Assembly (NCBI GenBank): GCA_045578145.1
Contig: JAZNJT010000113.1
Span: 1-46,689, forward strand
DNA from: Acutalibacteraceae bacterium
Lineage (GTDB): Bacteria; Bacillota; Clostridia; Oscillospirales; Acutalibacteraceae
DNA length: 46,689 nucleotides
Direction: 5' to 3'
Positions within the stretch are counted from its first letter, which is position 1; each line of letters opens with the position of its first letter. The notes beneath the pieces were generated by a model. The model was given only the letters and a program-made list of their open reading frames with translations, was not told where the DNA came from and ran no database searches. Shown in pieces: positions 1 to 7,941 of this stretch. The position numbers were made by a program, and so were the translations under genes.

Positions 1-851
1 TCCATAAGCTTAAAAAATTCAAGCCTTGTCATCAACTCTGCAAGTTTTTCTTTGTCTGCGGGTTTTGTGCGATAGTTTTCGATATTGCAGTCTATAGGAG
101 CGGTTCTGCAAATTGTTCCAAGCTCTCGGCTTAAAAATGCACTTTCTTTACCCGTTTCTAACTTTTTGCGTATGGCATCTTTAATGTCAAGTGTATCAAG
201 ATTTTCGTAAATATAATCAATGTTGTGAAATCTTGTTATAAGGTCGGTAGCTGTTTTCTCACCAACTCCCGCAACGCCAGGAATATTATCCGAAGAGTCA
301 CCCATAAGACTCTTGAGCTCTATCATTTCAGGGGGCGTAAGACCATATCTTTCAAAAAGAGTTTCTTTTGTGTAGTTTAAAATCTCGGCTTGTCCCATTC
401 TTGTTGCAGCCAAAAGCACACGCGTTTCATCAGAAATAAGTTGCAGTGAATCGCGGTCACCGGTGGAAATGACACACTCATTTTCGTCCTGTTCACAGGC
501 AAAGGCTAAGGTGCCTAAAATATCATCTGCCTCGTAGCCTTCACATTCAACACAAGTGTAGCCTGCTAAGGTCAGCCATTCCTTTAAAATGGGCATCTGA
601 CTGCGAAGCTCATCGGGCATTCCTTTTCTGCCTGCTTTATATTCGGCATATTTTTTATGTCTGAAGGTTGGCGCTTTAAGGTCAAAAGCAACCGCGACGC
701 CATCAGGCTTTTCCATATCGTTAAGTCGGTTAAGAATATTAATAAAACCGTAAACAGCGTTGGTATACTGTCCGTCCTTTGTGGTAAGCAATTTTATGCC
801 GTAAAACGCGCGGTTTATGATACTGTTACCGTCAATAGCGAGTAGTTTCAA
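1..851 (-). CDS. polA: DNA polymerase I, N-terminal 5'-3' exonuclease (FEN) domain; partial, the rest lies beyond the window edge
   Basis: The minus-strand frame stays open to the window edge, so it is absent from the ORF track. My translation from TTG at 851-849 (GGGGTG SD about 8 nt upstream) reads MKLLAIDGNSIINRAFYGIKLLTTKDGQYTNAVYGF ... LMGDSSDNIPGVAGVGEKTATDL, the Pol I/FEN exonuclease pattern. The track ORF 657..845 (+) is antisense to it. Confidence 0.85.
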   Translation of the reverse strand, partial: MKLLAIDGNSIINRAFYGIKLLTTKDGQYTNAVYGFINILNRLNDMEKPDGVAVAFDLKAPTFRHKKYAEYKAGRKGMPDELRSQMPILKEWLTLAGYTCVECEGYEADDILGTLAFACEQDENECVISTGDRDSLQLISDETRVLLAATRMGQAEILNYTKETLFERYGLTPPEMIELKSLMGDSSDNIPGVAGVGEKTATDLITRFHNIDYIYENLDTLDIKDAIRKKLETGKESAFLSRELGTICRTAPIDCNIENYRTKPADKEKLAELMTRLEFFKLM

Positions 852-866
852 GCCTATTTCACCCCA

Positions 867-909
867 ATTATTATATATTCTTTATTATTATAACATATCT
901 ATTATTATA
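867..909. repeat. Three exact copies of ATTATTATA at a strict 17-bp period (867-875, 884-892, 901-909)
   Basis: Read directly from the sequence. On the minus strand each copy reads TATAATAAT, which contains a -10-like hexamer. The copies lie in the divergent polA / ABC-exporter intergenic region. Confidence 0.6.
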
Positions 910-915
910 TGTCAT
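887..915 (-). promoter_or_regulatory. Candidate sigma-A promoter for polA (-35 ATGACA, 17 nt spacer, TGt-TATAAT)
   Basis: On the minus strand, ATGACA (complement of 910-915) is followed by a 17-nt spacer and TATAAT (complement of 887-892), with an upstream TG. This is a pattern match only. Confidence 0.3.
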
Positions 916-977
916 CAGTTTTTTCAAAAAAATAAAAATATTGATTTTGTCCATTTTAAAATATATAATAAATTCTG

Positions 978-2753
978 GTGATCGAGATGAAAAAGACTGA
1001 AAAAAGCTATAAAACCAGCGTGCTTATAAAGCGATTTATGCCTTATTATAGCAAATATATCGGAACGGTTATTTTTGATTTGTTTTGCGCTTCGCTTACC
1101 ACAATTTGCGAAATAGTATTACCGCTTATTATGCGAAAAATCACTAATGCAGGTATGAACGATATATCAACGCTAACGGTTGATTTCATACTAAAAGTCG
1201 GCGCGCTGTATTTGTTGCTTAGAATTATTGATGCCGCGGCGTATTATTATATGGCATATATCGGTCATGTTATGGGAACGAAGATTGAAACCGATATGAG
1301 AAGAGATGCTTATGCACATCTGCACAAGCTCTCAAATACATATTTTAACAACACCAAGGTCGGTCAGATTATGGGTAGAATTACTAACGACTTGTTTGAT
1401 GTTACTGAGTTTTCACACCATTGCCCCGAGGAATTTTTTATAGCGGGTATAAAGGGTGCAGTATCCTTTATTATTCTGATGAACATTAATATTCCTTTAA
1501 CTGTTATAATATTTGTCATTATTCCGATTATGATATTAATCTGCAAAAAACTCAACTCTAAAATGCGCGAAACCTTCAGAAGACAGCGTGTTATGATAGG
1601 TGAGCTAAATGCGAGAATTGAGGATTCACTGCTTGGTCAAAAGGTTGTAAAAGCTTTTGCTAATGAGGATGTTGAGCAAGCAAAATTTGAAAGAGATAAC
1701 AAGGAATTTTTCTCAATCAAAAAGCTTTCTTACAAATTTATGGGCGCGTTTTCTACCACTACCAGAATGTTTGACGGTATAATGTACGCCGCAGTTGTAA
1801 TTATCGGAAGTCTATTTATGATAAAGGGTAAAATAACCCCAGGCGACCTAGTGGCATATCTTTTGTATGTTACAACCTTTATCGCAACTGTGCGCCGCAT
1901 AATTGAGTTTTCCGAGCAGTTCCAAAGAGGACTTACGGGTATTGAACGCTTCTTGCAGATAATGGATGCCGATATCGAAATATTTGATGAGCCTGATGCC
2001 AAGATGCTTGTAAATCCTAAAGGAGATATCGAGTTTAAGAATGTTTCGTTTGAATATCCTGACGACCATAATCGCATTTTCACACACCTCAATTTAAACA
2101 TCAAAAGCGGTGAAAAAATTGCTTTTGTAGGTCCTTCTGGTGGCGGCAAAACTACTCTTTGTAACTTGATACCGCGTTTTTATGATGTAACAGGCGGCGA
2201 AATTTTGATTGACGGTAAAAATATTAAAAAATATACACTTAAATCGCTCAGAGAGAGTATAGGAGTAGTCCAACAGGATGTGTATCTCTTTTCTGGAACG
2301 GTTTATGAAAACATTTCTTACGGCAAGATCGGTGCTACTATGGATGAGGTTGTCGAAGCTGCTAAAAAAGCGGGCGCTCACGAATTTATTACCGAACTTA
2401 AAGACGGATATAACACTTATGTCGGTGAGCGTGGCGTTAAGCTTTCGGGCGGCCAAAAGCAGAGAATAAGCATTGCACGGGTTTTCCTTAAAAATCCGCC
2501 GATTATCATTCTTGATGAGGCAACGAGCGCCCTTGATAACGAGAGCGAATTTGCAGTGGCGAGGTCGCTTAACAAGCTTGCGGAGGGCAGAACAACAATA
2601 ACTATAGCACACAGACTTTCAACAATCCGCAATTCAGATCGTATATTAGTTCTTACAGATGAGGGGATAACGGAAGAGGGAACTCACGAGCAACTCTTAG
2701 AGCAAAAAGGAATTTACTATAAATTTTACGAAATGGCAAATGAATTAAACTAA
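978..2753 (+). CDS. ABC exporter, fused permease/ATPase half-transporter (MsbA/LmrA-type multidrug or lipid exporter)
   Basis: The N-terminal half is a multi-helix hydrophobic (TM) domain. The ATPase motifs are Walker A GPSGGGKTT, ABC signature LSGGQKQR, Walker B IIILDEATSALD and H-loop TIAHRLS. The start could be GTG 978 or ATG 987, which has a GGTGA SD. Confidence 0.9.
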   Translation: MIEMKKTEKSYKTSVLIKRFMPYYSKYIGTVIFDLFCASLTTICEIVLPLIMRKITNAGMNDISTLTVDFILKVGALYLLLRIIDAAAYYYMAYIGHVMGTKIETDMRRDAYAHLHKLSNTYFNNTKVGQIMGRITNDLFDVTEFSHHCPEEFFIAGIKGAVSFIILMNINIPLTVIIFVIIPIMILICKKLNSKMRETFRRQRVMIGELNARIEDSLLGQKVVKAFANEDVEQAKFERDNKEFFSIKKLSYKFMGAFSTTTRMFDGIMYAAVVIIGSLFMIKGKITPGDLVAYLLYVTTFIATVRRIIEFSEQFQRGLTGIERFLQIMDADIEIFDEPDAKMLVNPKGDIEFKNVSFEYPDDHNRIFTHLNLNIKSGEKIAFVGPSGGGKTTLCNLIPRFYDVTGGEILIDGKNIKKYTLKSLRESIGVVQQDVYLFSGTVYENISYGKIGATMDEVVEAAKKAGAHEFITELKDGYNTYVGERGVKLSGGQKQRISIARVFLKNPPIIILDEATSALDNESEFAVARSLNKLAEGRTTITIAHRLSTIRNSDRILVLTDEGITEEGTHEQLLEQKGIYYKFYEMANELN

Positions 2754-2781
2754 AAAACAGCACCTGACAGGTGCTGTTTTT
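2752..2781. terminator. Bidirectional intrinsic terminator between the convergent ABC exporter and U32 genes
   Basis: AAAAACAGCACC-tgaca-GGTGCTGTTTTT: a perfect stem flanked by an A-run and a T-run. Confidence 0.8.
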
Positions 2782-4843
2782 ATATTGTTCCTCTGTAATA
2801 AAGACCTCTTGTATGCTTTTCGGCAGATGGATTTCCGTGTTTGTAAGCTTGAATAATTTGTTCTGTTTTAAATTTATCCTCTTTAGTGAAATAAAGAACA
2901 ATAAAATCCAGACCTGAAAGCTCGTTTTTGCGGTCAGCAAGGTAAATAGGTACACTGTTTAAAAGCTCGCTGTAGCCCATTCGGCATCTTATGGGGAACT
3001 GAGTGCCGAGCCTATCGGTTATAACACCGTTTTTATCACATTTGTTACAGGAAATGCCGTTTTTTAAAGGACAGTTTTTAAAGAGCATGAGCGGTATATT
3101 TCCGTAAGCTATAATACCTTTTTCAGTGTTTGAATTAAGTCTTAAGATATCGCTTAACTGTTCTTCGGCAGAAATAACAGCTGAGTTAATTCCAAGTAGT
3201 TTTGCGGTTTCGAGGCTCTCGGAATTTGCAATATTAAGCCCCGTATCACCCATAACCTCAAATCCCTCGTCCTTTGCAATTTTAACTGCCGCTAAATTAC
3301 CGCAAAGGGCGGAATTAAAGCCGTTTTGTTTAAACAATTTGAGTCTTTGGATGACTGCTTTTTCGCTAATTATCCCGCGCGGAATATCTGCTATAAGCGG
3401 CAAATTTATACCCTTTAAATCTTCGGGATTTTGCTCTAATGGATAAATGACCGCGTCAATTCCGCTTAAATTTTGCGGTATTTGATTTTTGCTTTCAAAT
3501 CTTGCGAATATTTTTGGTGTTTTAGGGGTGGCCACTGCTTTTTCGGGTGCAATATATGTTTTATCACAGGGTAAAATTTTAATTTCTGCTCGTTTTCTGT
3601 CTAATAATTCAACAGCTTTTCGACGCAGTGCGTTAAGCTCGCTTTTGGACACAAAAAGTCCCTCATCAACCTTAGCTGTACCACCCTCGTCTATATAAGG
3701 GGTTGAGCCGAATTTTGAAATGCTTTTAAGAGCATCTTCGGCTGTAATTGCTTTATTTTGTGCTTTTCGAGGAATATTACCAATAGCACAAACATCGTTT
3801 TTACCGTCAAAAAGTGAAAGTGAGATAGGTTTATTTTCTTCTATTTTTAACTTAAATCCGATTTTAACGCTTTGTCTTTCCTTGCGGTATAGCTCGCGCA
3901 ATAAAGGGAAAGCCTTATCTGCAGAAACAACATCTTCTTTAGTTCTTATGCCGAACATTTCTTTACCCAAAGTGTTTTTATAATAACCGTCGGTGAAGCC
4001 TTGGCGCGAAAATACATTTTTAAGGGTATTAGAAATCTCTGTTTCAACTATTCCTTTGTCTAAGGCTTGTCGCGCGGCGGCGGTAGCACCCGCAACATAT
4101 TCGGGACGTTTCATTCTGCCCTCAATTTTAAAGGAGCGAACACCCATATCATATAGATCTTTTATATAGTCGAGCAGGGATAAATCTTTAAGGCTAAGGT
4201 CATAGCCTGTGCCGTTTTTTGATTTAAAAGGCAATCTGCAAGGCCCTGCGCAAAGACCGCGGTTTCCGCTTCGAGAGCCTAAAAAGGCAGATAGTAAGCA
4301 TTGACCAGAAACACACATACAAAGCGCGCCGTGAACAAATACCTCAACAGTGATATCAAGCTCTTTTGCGGTGTCACAAAGAGCCTTTAATTCCTCTCTT
4401 GACATTTCTCTTGCCGCAACTACCTGACAAAAGCCAAGCTCTTTTAAAATATGCAAGGCAGAGGGTGAATGTACCGACATTTGAGTAGATGCGTGAAGCT
4501 TTAAATCAGGAATGTTTTGATGAAGAATACGGGCAAGTCCCAAATCCTCAACAATTATTCCGTCGATACCTGAATTATAAGCATTTTTTGCGAGTTTAAA
4601 GGCATTTTCGAGTTCGGAATCTTTGATAAGAATATTAAGGGTAAGATATACTCTCACTCCTCTTATATGGCAGTATTCTATAGCCTCTTTTAATTCTTCA
4701 AAATCAAAGTTTTCAGCATTTCTTCTGGCTGAAAATTCCTTAGCACCGAGGTAAACCGCGTCCGCACCGCTTCGCACGGCGGCATATAGCATTTCACGAT
4801 TTCCTACGGGGGATAAAATTTCTCCCAAGTTTATATTATTCAT
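2780..4843 (-). CDS. U32-family protein, long form (peptidase U32 / RlhA-TrhP-type RNA hydroxylation family)
   Basis: The N-terminus is EILSPVGNREMLYAAVRSGADAVYLG. The U32 signature EVFVHGALCMCVSGQCLLS is present. At 687 aa it has a C-terminal extension like the long U32 proteins. Confidence 0.8.
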   Translation of the reverse strand: MNNINLGEILSPVGNREMLYAAVRSGADAVYLGAKEFSARRNAENFDFEELKEAIEYCHIRGVRVYLTLNILIKDSELENAFKLAKNAYNSGIDGIIVEDLGLARILHQNIPDLKLHASTQMSVHSPSALHILKELGFCQVVAAREMSREELKALCDTAKELDITVEVFVHGALCMCVSGQCLLSAFLGSRSGNRGLCAGPCRLPFKSKNGTGYDLSLKDLSLLDYIKDLYDMGVRSFKIEGRMKRPEYVAGATAAARQALDKGIVETEISNTLKNVFSRQGFTDGYYKNTLGKEMFGIRTKEDVVSADKAFPLLRELYRKERQSVKIGFKLKIEENKPISLSLFDGKNDVCAIGNIPRKAQNKAITAEDALKSISKFGSTPYIDEGGTAKVDEGLFVSKSELNALRRKAVELLDRKRAEIKILPCDKTYIAPEKAVATPKTPKIFARFESKNQIPQNLSGIDAVIYPLEQNPEDLKGINLPLIADIPRGIISEKAVIQRLKLFKQNGFNSALCGNLAAVKIAKDEGFEVMGDTGLNIANSESLETAKLLGINSAVISAEEQLSDILRLNSNTEKGIIAYGNIPLMLFKNCPLKNGISCNKCDKNGVITDRLGTQFPIRCRMGYSELLNSVPIYLADRKNELSGLDFIVLYFTKEDKFKTEQIIQAYKHGNPSAEKHTRGLYYRGTI

Positions 4844-4847
4844 AAAA

Positions 4848-6131
4848 TTAAAGCTCTCCCACGCAATAATCCTTTTCCACTGATAATATTTTTACATTTG
4901 CGGTTTTGCCGTCAAGTGTCTTATCTTCTTTAACTGCTACTCTTAAATAATTTTTGGTATATCCAAAGGTTTTTCCGTCTTCAGCGGTCTCAAATAAAAC
5001 CTCTAAGGTTTTGCCAATTTGTTGGCGCAAGATTTTTTCTTCACATTGATTTGCCGCTTCAATCATAATACGGCTTCTGCGAGATTTTTCTGCCTTTGTT
5101 ATCTGGTTTGGCAAACGGTCGGCAACAGTGCCTTTCCTTCTTGAATAAGTGAAGACATGCGCCTTTGCAAACTCTATTTTCTTTAAAAATTCTACGCTTT
5201 CTAAAAATTCCTCTTGGGTTTCACCCGCAAAGCCTACCATAATGTCTGTTGTAATGGTAGCATCGGGGAACATCTGCCTTATTCTTTTAACTAAATCGGC
5301 ATAAAAAGCGGTGTCGTAATGTCTGTTCATTCGTTTGAGTGTGGCATCACAGCCTGATTGCAGAGACAAATGGAATTGAGGACAGAATTTAGATTGATTT
5401 TTAAATCGGCGTAGCATATCATCGCTTATATGGTCGGGCTCAAGCGAGCCTAAGCGCACGCGCTCTATACCATTTGCCGCGCATACAGCATCCACTGCAT
5501 CACACAAATTTATGTTTTCACCCTTGCCGTATGCTGAGAGGTTAATTCCCACAAGCACAATTTCGCGAAAGCCCTTTGATGCAAGAATTTCGGCTTCTTT
5601 TTTTATATCAGAGCAAGATCTTGAACGCACAAATCCTCTCGCATAAGGTATAATACAGTAACTGCAATATCTGTCACAGCCGTCTTCAATTTTCATATAG
5701 GCGCGTGTGCGCTCTGCAAAATCGGATATTTCGGGTGTGTTAAAAAGTTCGTTTCTCTCGTGCGGAAAAACAGAGAAAATTGCTTTTTGCTCTTTTATAA
5801 ACTGTTGAGTAAACTTTAAAATTTCACTTGTATCGCGGTTGCCCACCACAATATCGGCATCTGAAAGTTCAGCCTTGTCGCCCGAAAAGGTCTGCGCCAT
5901 ACAGCCTGTAAGCACAATTACAGCGTTAGGATTTTTTCTTCTTATTCTATGTAGAAGTTGACGGGTTTTTCGGTCGCTTTCGGCAGTAACTGTGCAAGAA
6001 TTGATTACAGCCACATCGGTAGGCATACTGTCATTCACTGCAACAAATCCGCTTTTTTCAAATTCCTCACGCATACTCTGTGTTTCATATTGATTAACCT
6101 TACAGCCAAGGGTATAAAAACAAACATTCAT
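4848..6131 (-). CDS. mtaB: tRNA t6A37 methylthiotransferase (MiaB-like radical SAM MTTase)
   Basis: The MTTase N-terminus YTLGCKVNQYE, the radical-SAM motif CDRYCSYC and a TRAM-like C-terminus are present. The size (427 aa) is typical of MtaB. Confidence 0.85.
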   Translation of the reverse strand: MNVCFYTLGCKVNQYETQSMREEFEKSGFVAVNDSMPTDVAVINSCTVTAESDRKTRQLLHRIRRKNPNAVIVLTGCMAQTFSGDKAELSDADIVVGNRDTSEILKFTQQFIKEQKAIFSVFPHERNELFNTPEISDFAERTRAYMKIEDGCDRYCSYCIIPYARGFVRSRSCSDIKKEAEILASKGFREIVLVGINLSAYGKGENINLCDAVDAVCAANGIERVRLGSLEPDHISDDMLRRFKNQSKFCPQFHLSLQSGCDATLKRMNRHYDTAFYADLVKRIRQMFPDATITTDIMVGFAGETQEEFLESVEFLKKIEFAKAHVFTYSRRKGTVADRLPNQITKAEKSRRSRIMIEAANQCEEKILRQQIGKTLEVLFETAEDGKTFGYTKNYLRVAVKEDKTLDGKTANVKILSVEKDYCVGEL

Positions 6132-6202
6132 ATTAGTTCTCCTTTAAATGTATTATATAGCTTTTAAAATGCCTTTTCAATAAAAAGTAGAAAAATTCTT
6201 TC

Positions 6203-6231
6203 TTGACAGATATTATACAGAGTGTTATAAT
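6203..6231 (+). promoter_or_regulatory. Near-consensus sigma-A promoter (TTGACA, 17 nt spacer, TGt-TATAAT) driving the TPP riboswitch and thiT
   Basis: TTGACA lies at 6203-6208 and TATAAT at 6226-6231, with an extended -10 TG at 6223-6224. Confidence 0.65.
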
Positions 6232-6235
6232 TTGC

Positions 6236-6347
6236 TTGCAATAGGGAGCTTGATGAAACTCAGGCTGAGAGGAAGTCCGCTTTTTGCTATGACTTCGACC
6301 TTTAACCTGATGCGGATAATGCCGCCGTAGGGAAATACGTTGTAAGT
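6236..6347 (+). promoter_or_regulatory. TPP (THI-box) riboswitch
   Basis: The conserved core is readable: ATAGGGAGC...GGCTGAGAGG...ACCTTTAACCTGATGCGGATAATGCCGCCGTAGGGAA. It sits directly upstream of a thiamine transporter gene and is followed by a terminator hairpin. Confidence 0.85.
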
Positions 6348-6350
6348 ATT

Positions 6351-6377
6351 GCCACAGGTAAATTGCCTGTGGCTTTT
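6351..6377 (+). terminator. Riboswitch expression-platform terminator
   Basis: GCCACAGG-taaattg-CCTGTGGC followed by TTTT. Confidence 0.75.
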
Positions 6378-6437
6378 CTGTTATCCGGAGACAGAAGCCC
6401 TTGAAGGAATTGCAAAAATACAAAAGGAGAAAAGAAA

Positions 6438-6998
6438 ATGAAAAACAAAAAACAAATTTACAATCTGGCTTTAAGCGCAATATTTATTGCGCTCGCTTCG
6501 GTGCTCAGTAATTTAAAAATTTACAAGTTGCCGTTGGGCGGAAGTGTAACACTTTTTTCAATGCTTCCTGTAATAATGTTATCGGTGATGTTGGGCTTGA
6601 AATGGGGAGTTGGTGCCGCTTTTTGCTACAGCTTAGTTCAATTGCTACAAGGAATTGTGGTTGACGGTGTACTTGGTTGGGGGCTTACTCCTGTGGCACT
6701 TATAGGCACAATTTTGCTTGATTATATCATTCCTTTTACCGTTTTAGGATTTGCAAGTGTTATCGGAAAGAAAAACACCGTACACATTGTAATCGGTACG
6801 GCGCTCGTGTTGTTTATAAGATTTTTATGCCACCTTTTATCAGGCGCAATAATTTTTGATATCTGGTGTGAATGGGATAGCGTTTGGTTTTACTCTCTTT
6901 GCTACAACGGTTCATATATGTTGCCTGAGCTTGTAATAACCGTTTTAGGCGCAGCCATAGTTTTCAATCTGCCGCAAGTTAAAAAGATGCTTAAATAA
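6438..6998 (+). CDS. thiT: Energy-coupling-factor (ECF) transporter S component for thiamine
   Basis: A 186-aa polytopic membrane protein with an AAGGAG SD, immediately downstream of the TPP riboswitch. Its N-terminus IYNLALSAIFIALASVLSNLKIYKLPLGGSVTL resembles ThiT. Confidence 0.8.
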   Translation: MKNKKQIYNLALSAIFIALASVLSNLKIYKLPLGGSVTLFSMLPVIMLSVMLGLKWGVGAAFCYSLVQLLQGIVVDGVLGWGLTPVALIGTILLDYIIPFTVLGFASVIGKKNTVHIVIGTALVLFIRFLCHLLSGAIIFDIWCEWDSVWFYSLCYNGSYMLPELVITVLGAAIVFNLPQVKKMLK

Positions 6999-7671
6999 AT
7001 ACATAAAAAATAATTGCAACAAACTGTAGGAATGAACCTATAACAACAAAAATATGGAATACGGAATGCATATACCTGACGGTTTTTTTGCCTGCTATAC
7101 CGTAAAGTACAGCGCCTATGGTATATGAAATTCCGCCTGCAAGCAGCCATAAGAAGCCATTTGTACTAATGGCTTCTATGGCTGCTTTTCCTGTTAAGAT
7201 TATACACCAGCCCTGAGCCAAATAGCAGATAATTGAAAAAACATTATATTTTTTAAGGTCGATTGCATTTAGGGTAATGCCTAAGGCAGATACCACCCAC
7301 ACAACGCCGAAAACACCCCAACCCAAAAAAGCGTTATGCTCTCTTAAAGAAACAAGGGCTATTGGTGTGTATGTGCCAGATATAAGAATAAATACTGAGC
7401 AGTGGTCTATAACCTGCATTACCTTTTTTGCCATTTCGGATTTAAGCCCGTGATAAACACTTGATACGGTGTATAAAATTACCATAGATGCACCGTAGAT
7501 AAAAGAGCCTACAATCTGGTAAGCGTCGTGATTTAAGAATGATTTTATTACGCATAGCGCAAAAATTATAACTCCAAGTCCTCCGCCTACAATATGTGAA
7601 ACCATATTAAAAATTTCTTCTCCTCTGGTGTAGTCGGGAAGACGTCTGTCAATTAACTTTGTTCGTTTCAT
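6991..7671 (-). CDS. Hemolysin III / PAQR-family membrane protein
   Basis: It has seven hydrophobic segments and the family motifs SHIVG, SSVYHG and DHCSVFILISGTYTP. Confidence 0.8.
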   Translation of the reverse strand: MKRTKLIDRRLPDYTRGEEIFNMVSHIVGGGLGVIIFALCVIKSFLNHDAYQIVGSFIYGASMVILYTVSSVYHGLKSEMAKKVMQVIDHCSVFILISGTYTPIALVSLREHNAFLGWGVFGVVWVVSALGITLNAIDLKKYNVFSIICYLAQGWCIILTGKAAIEAISTNGFLWLLAGGISYTIGAVLYGIAGKKTVRYMHSVFHIFVVIGSFLQFVAIIFYVFI

Positions 7672-7708
7672 TTTTTGCCTTTCGAAAAGGTAGAAATTTT
7701 ATAGTTTT

Positions 7709-7736
7709 ATTATGCGATTTTGTTGACATTTTACAA
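7709..7736 (-). promoter_or_regulatory. Candidate promoter of the hemolysin-III-family gene (TTGTAA, 16 nt spacer, CATAAT)
   Basis: On the minus strand, TTGTAA is the complement of 7731-7736 and CATAAT is the complement of 7709-7714. This is a pattern match only. Confidence 0.3.
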
Positions 7737-7745
7737 AAAAATTGC

Positions 7746-7762
7746 AGTCGAAAAACGTCGAA
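7746..7762. promoter_or_regulatory. Tandem Spo0A-box-like heptamers AGTCGAA / CGTCGAA, exactly 10 bp apart
   Basis: The heptamers lie at 7746-7752 and 7756-7762. Each matches the 0A box TGTCGAA at 6 of 7 positions. They lie upstream of the candidate hemolysin-III promoter. Confidence 0.3.
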
Positions 7763-7827
7763 ATAATTTACATAATTTGTTTATGTTAAAATGCAATGAT
7801 GCAAGTTTATTCAACTTATTAACACAG

Positions 7828-7914
7828 TTATCCACTGATATTTCGTGGAAAAACTTGTAATTCAAAGGGACAACCCTTAAAAACGGTGGATAAACCCGTT
7901 AATAATGTGGATAA
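7828..7914. promoter_or_regulatory. DnaA-box cluster (three strong boxes and one weak box)
   Basis: The boxes are TTATCCACT (7828-7836, + strand, 8/9), TTATCCACC (complement of 7885-7893, 8/9) and TTATCCACA (complement of 7906-7914, 9/9). A weaker box TTTTCCACG is the complement of 7844-7852 (7/9). Confidence 0.45.
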
Positions 7915-7929
7915 CTTTTATGGTTGTCC
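7868..7929. repeat. Perfect 8-bp inverted repeat GGACAACC / GGTTGTCC enclosing two DnaA boxes and an inner AACGG/CCGTT hairpin
   Basis: The arms lie at 7868-7875 and 7922-7929. The inner stem is 7882-7886 / 7896-7900. On the minus strand the inner hairpin is followed by TTTTT, so it may double as the terminator of the upstream mutase-family gene. Confidence 0.5.
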
Positions 7930-7941
7930 AAGTTTACATAA

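Noticed and set aside
657-845. A 62-aa track ORF on the plus strand.
   Set aside because: It lies entirely antisense to the well-supported polA 5'-exonuclease coding sequence, has no SD and has no recognisable product.
2094-2612. Long antisense or out-of-frame track ORFs. Examples are 1730..2149 and 2094..2612 (in the ABC exporter), 21449..21973 (in lgt), 22166..22606 (in folD), 25197..25643 (in dusB), 32012..32386 (in the antiporter gene), 35412..35786 (in trmL), and 38418..38783 and 39023..39313 (in gpmI).
   Set aside because: Each is fully embedded in a gene whose product carries strong family motifs. The shadow ORFs have low-complexity or odd composition and no ribosome-binding sites.
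6133-6480. A 115-aa minus-strand track ORF.
   Set aside because: It spans the thiT promoter, the TPP riboswitch and its terminator on the opposite strand. It is a by-product of non-coding sequence.
7783-7860. A 25-codon plus-strand ORF (MLKCNDASLFNLLTQLSTDISWKNL) in the DnaA-box gap.
   Set aside because: It has no SD and no convincing promoter, and it runs through the first DnaA box. It is most likely a chance ORF in AT-rich DNA.
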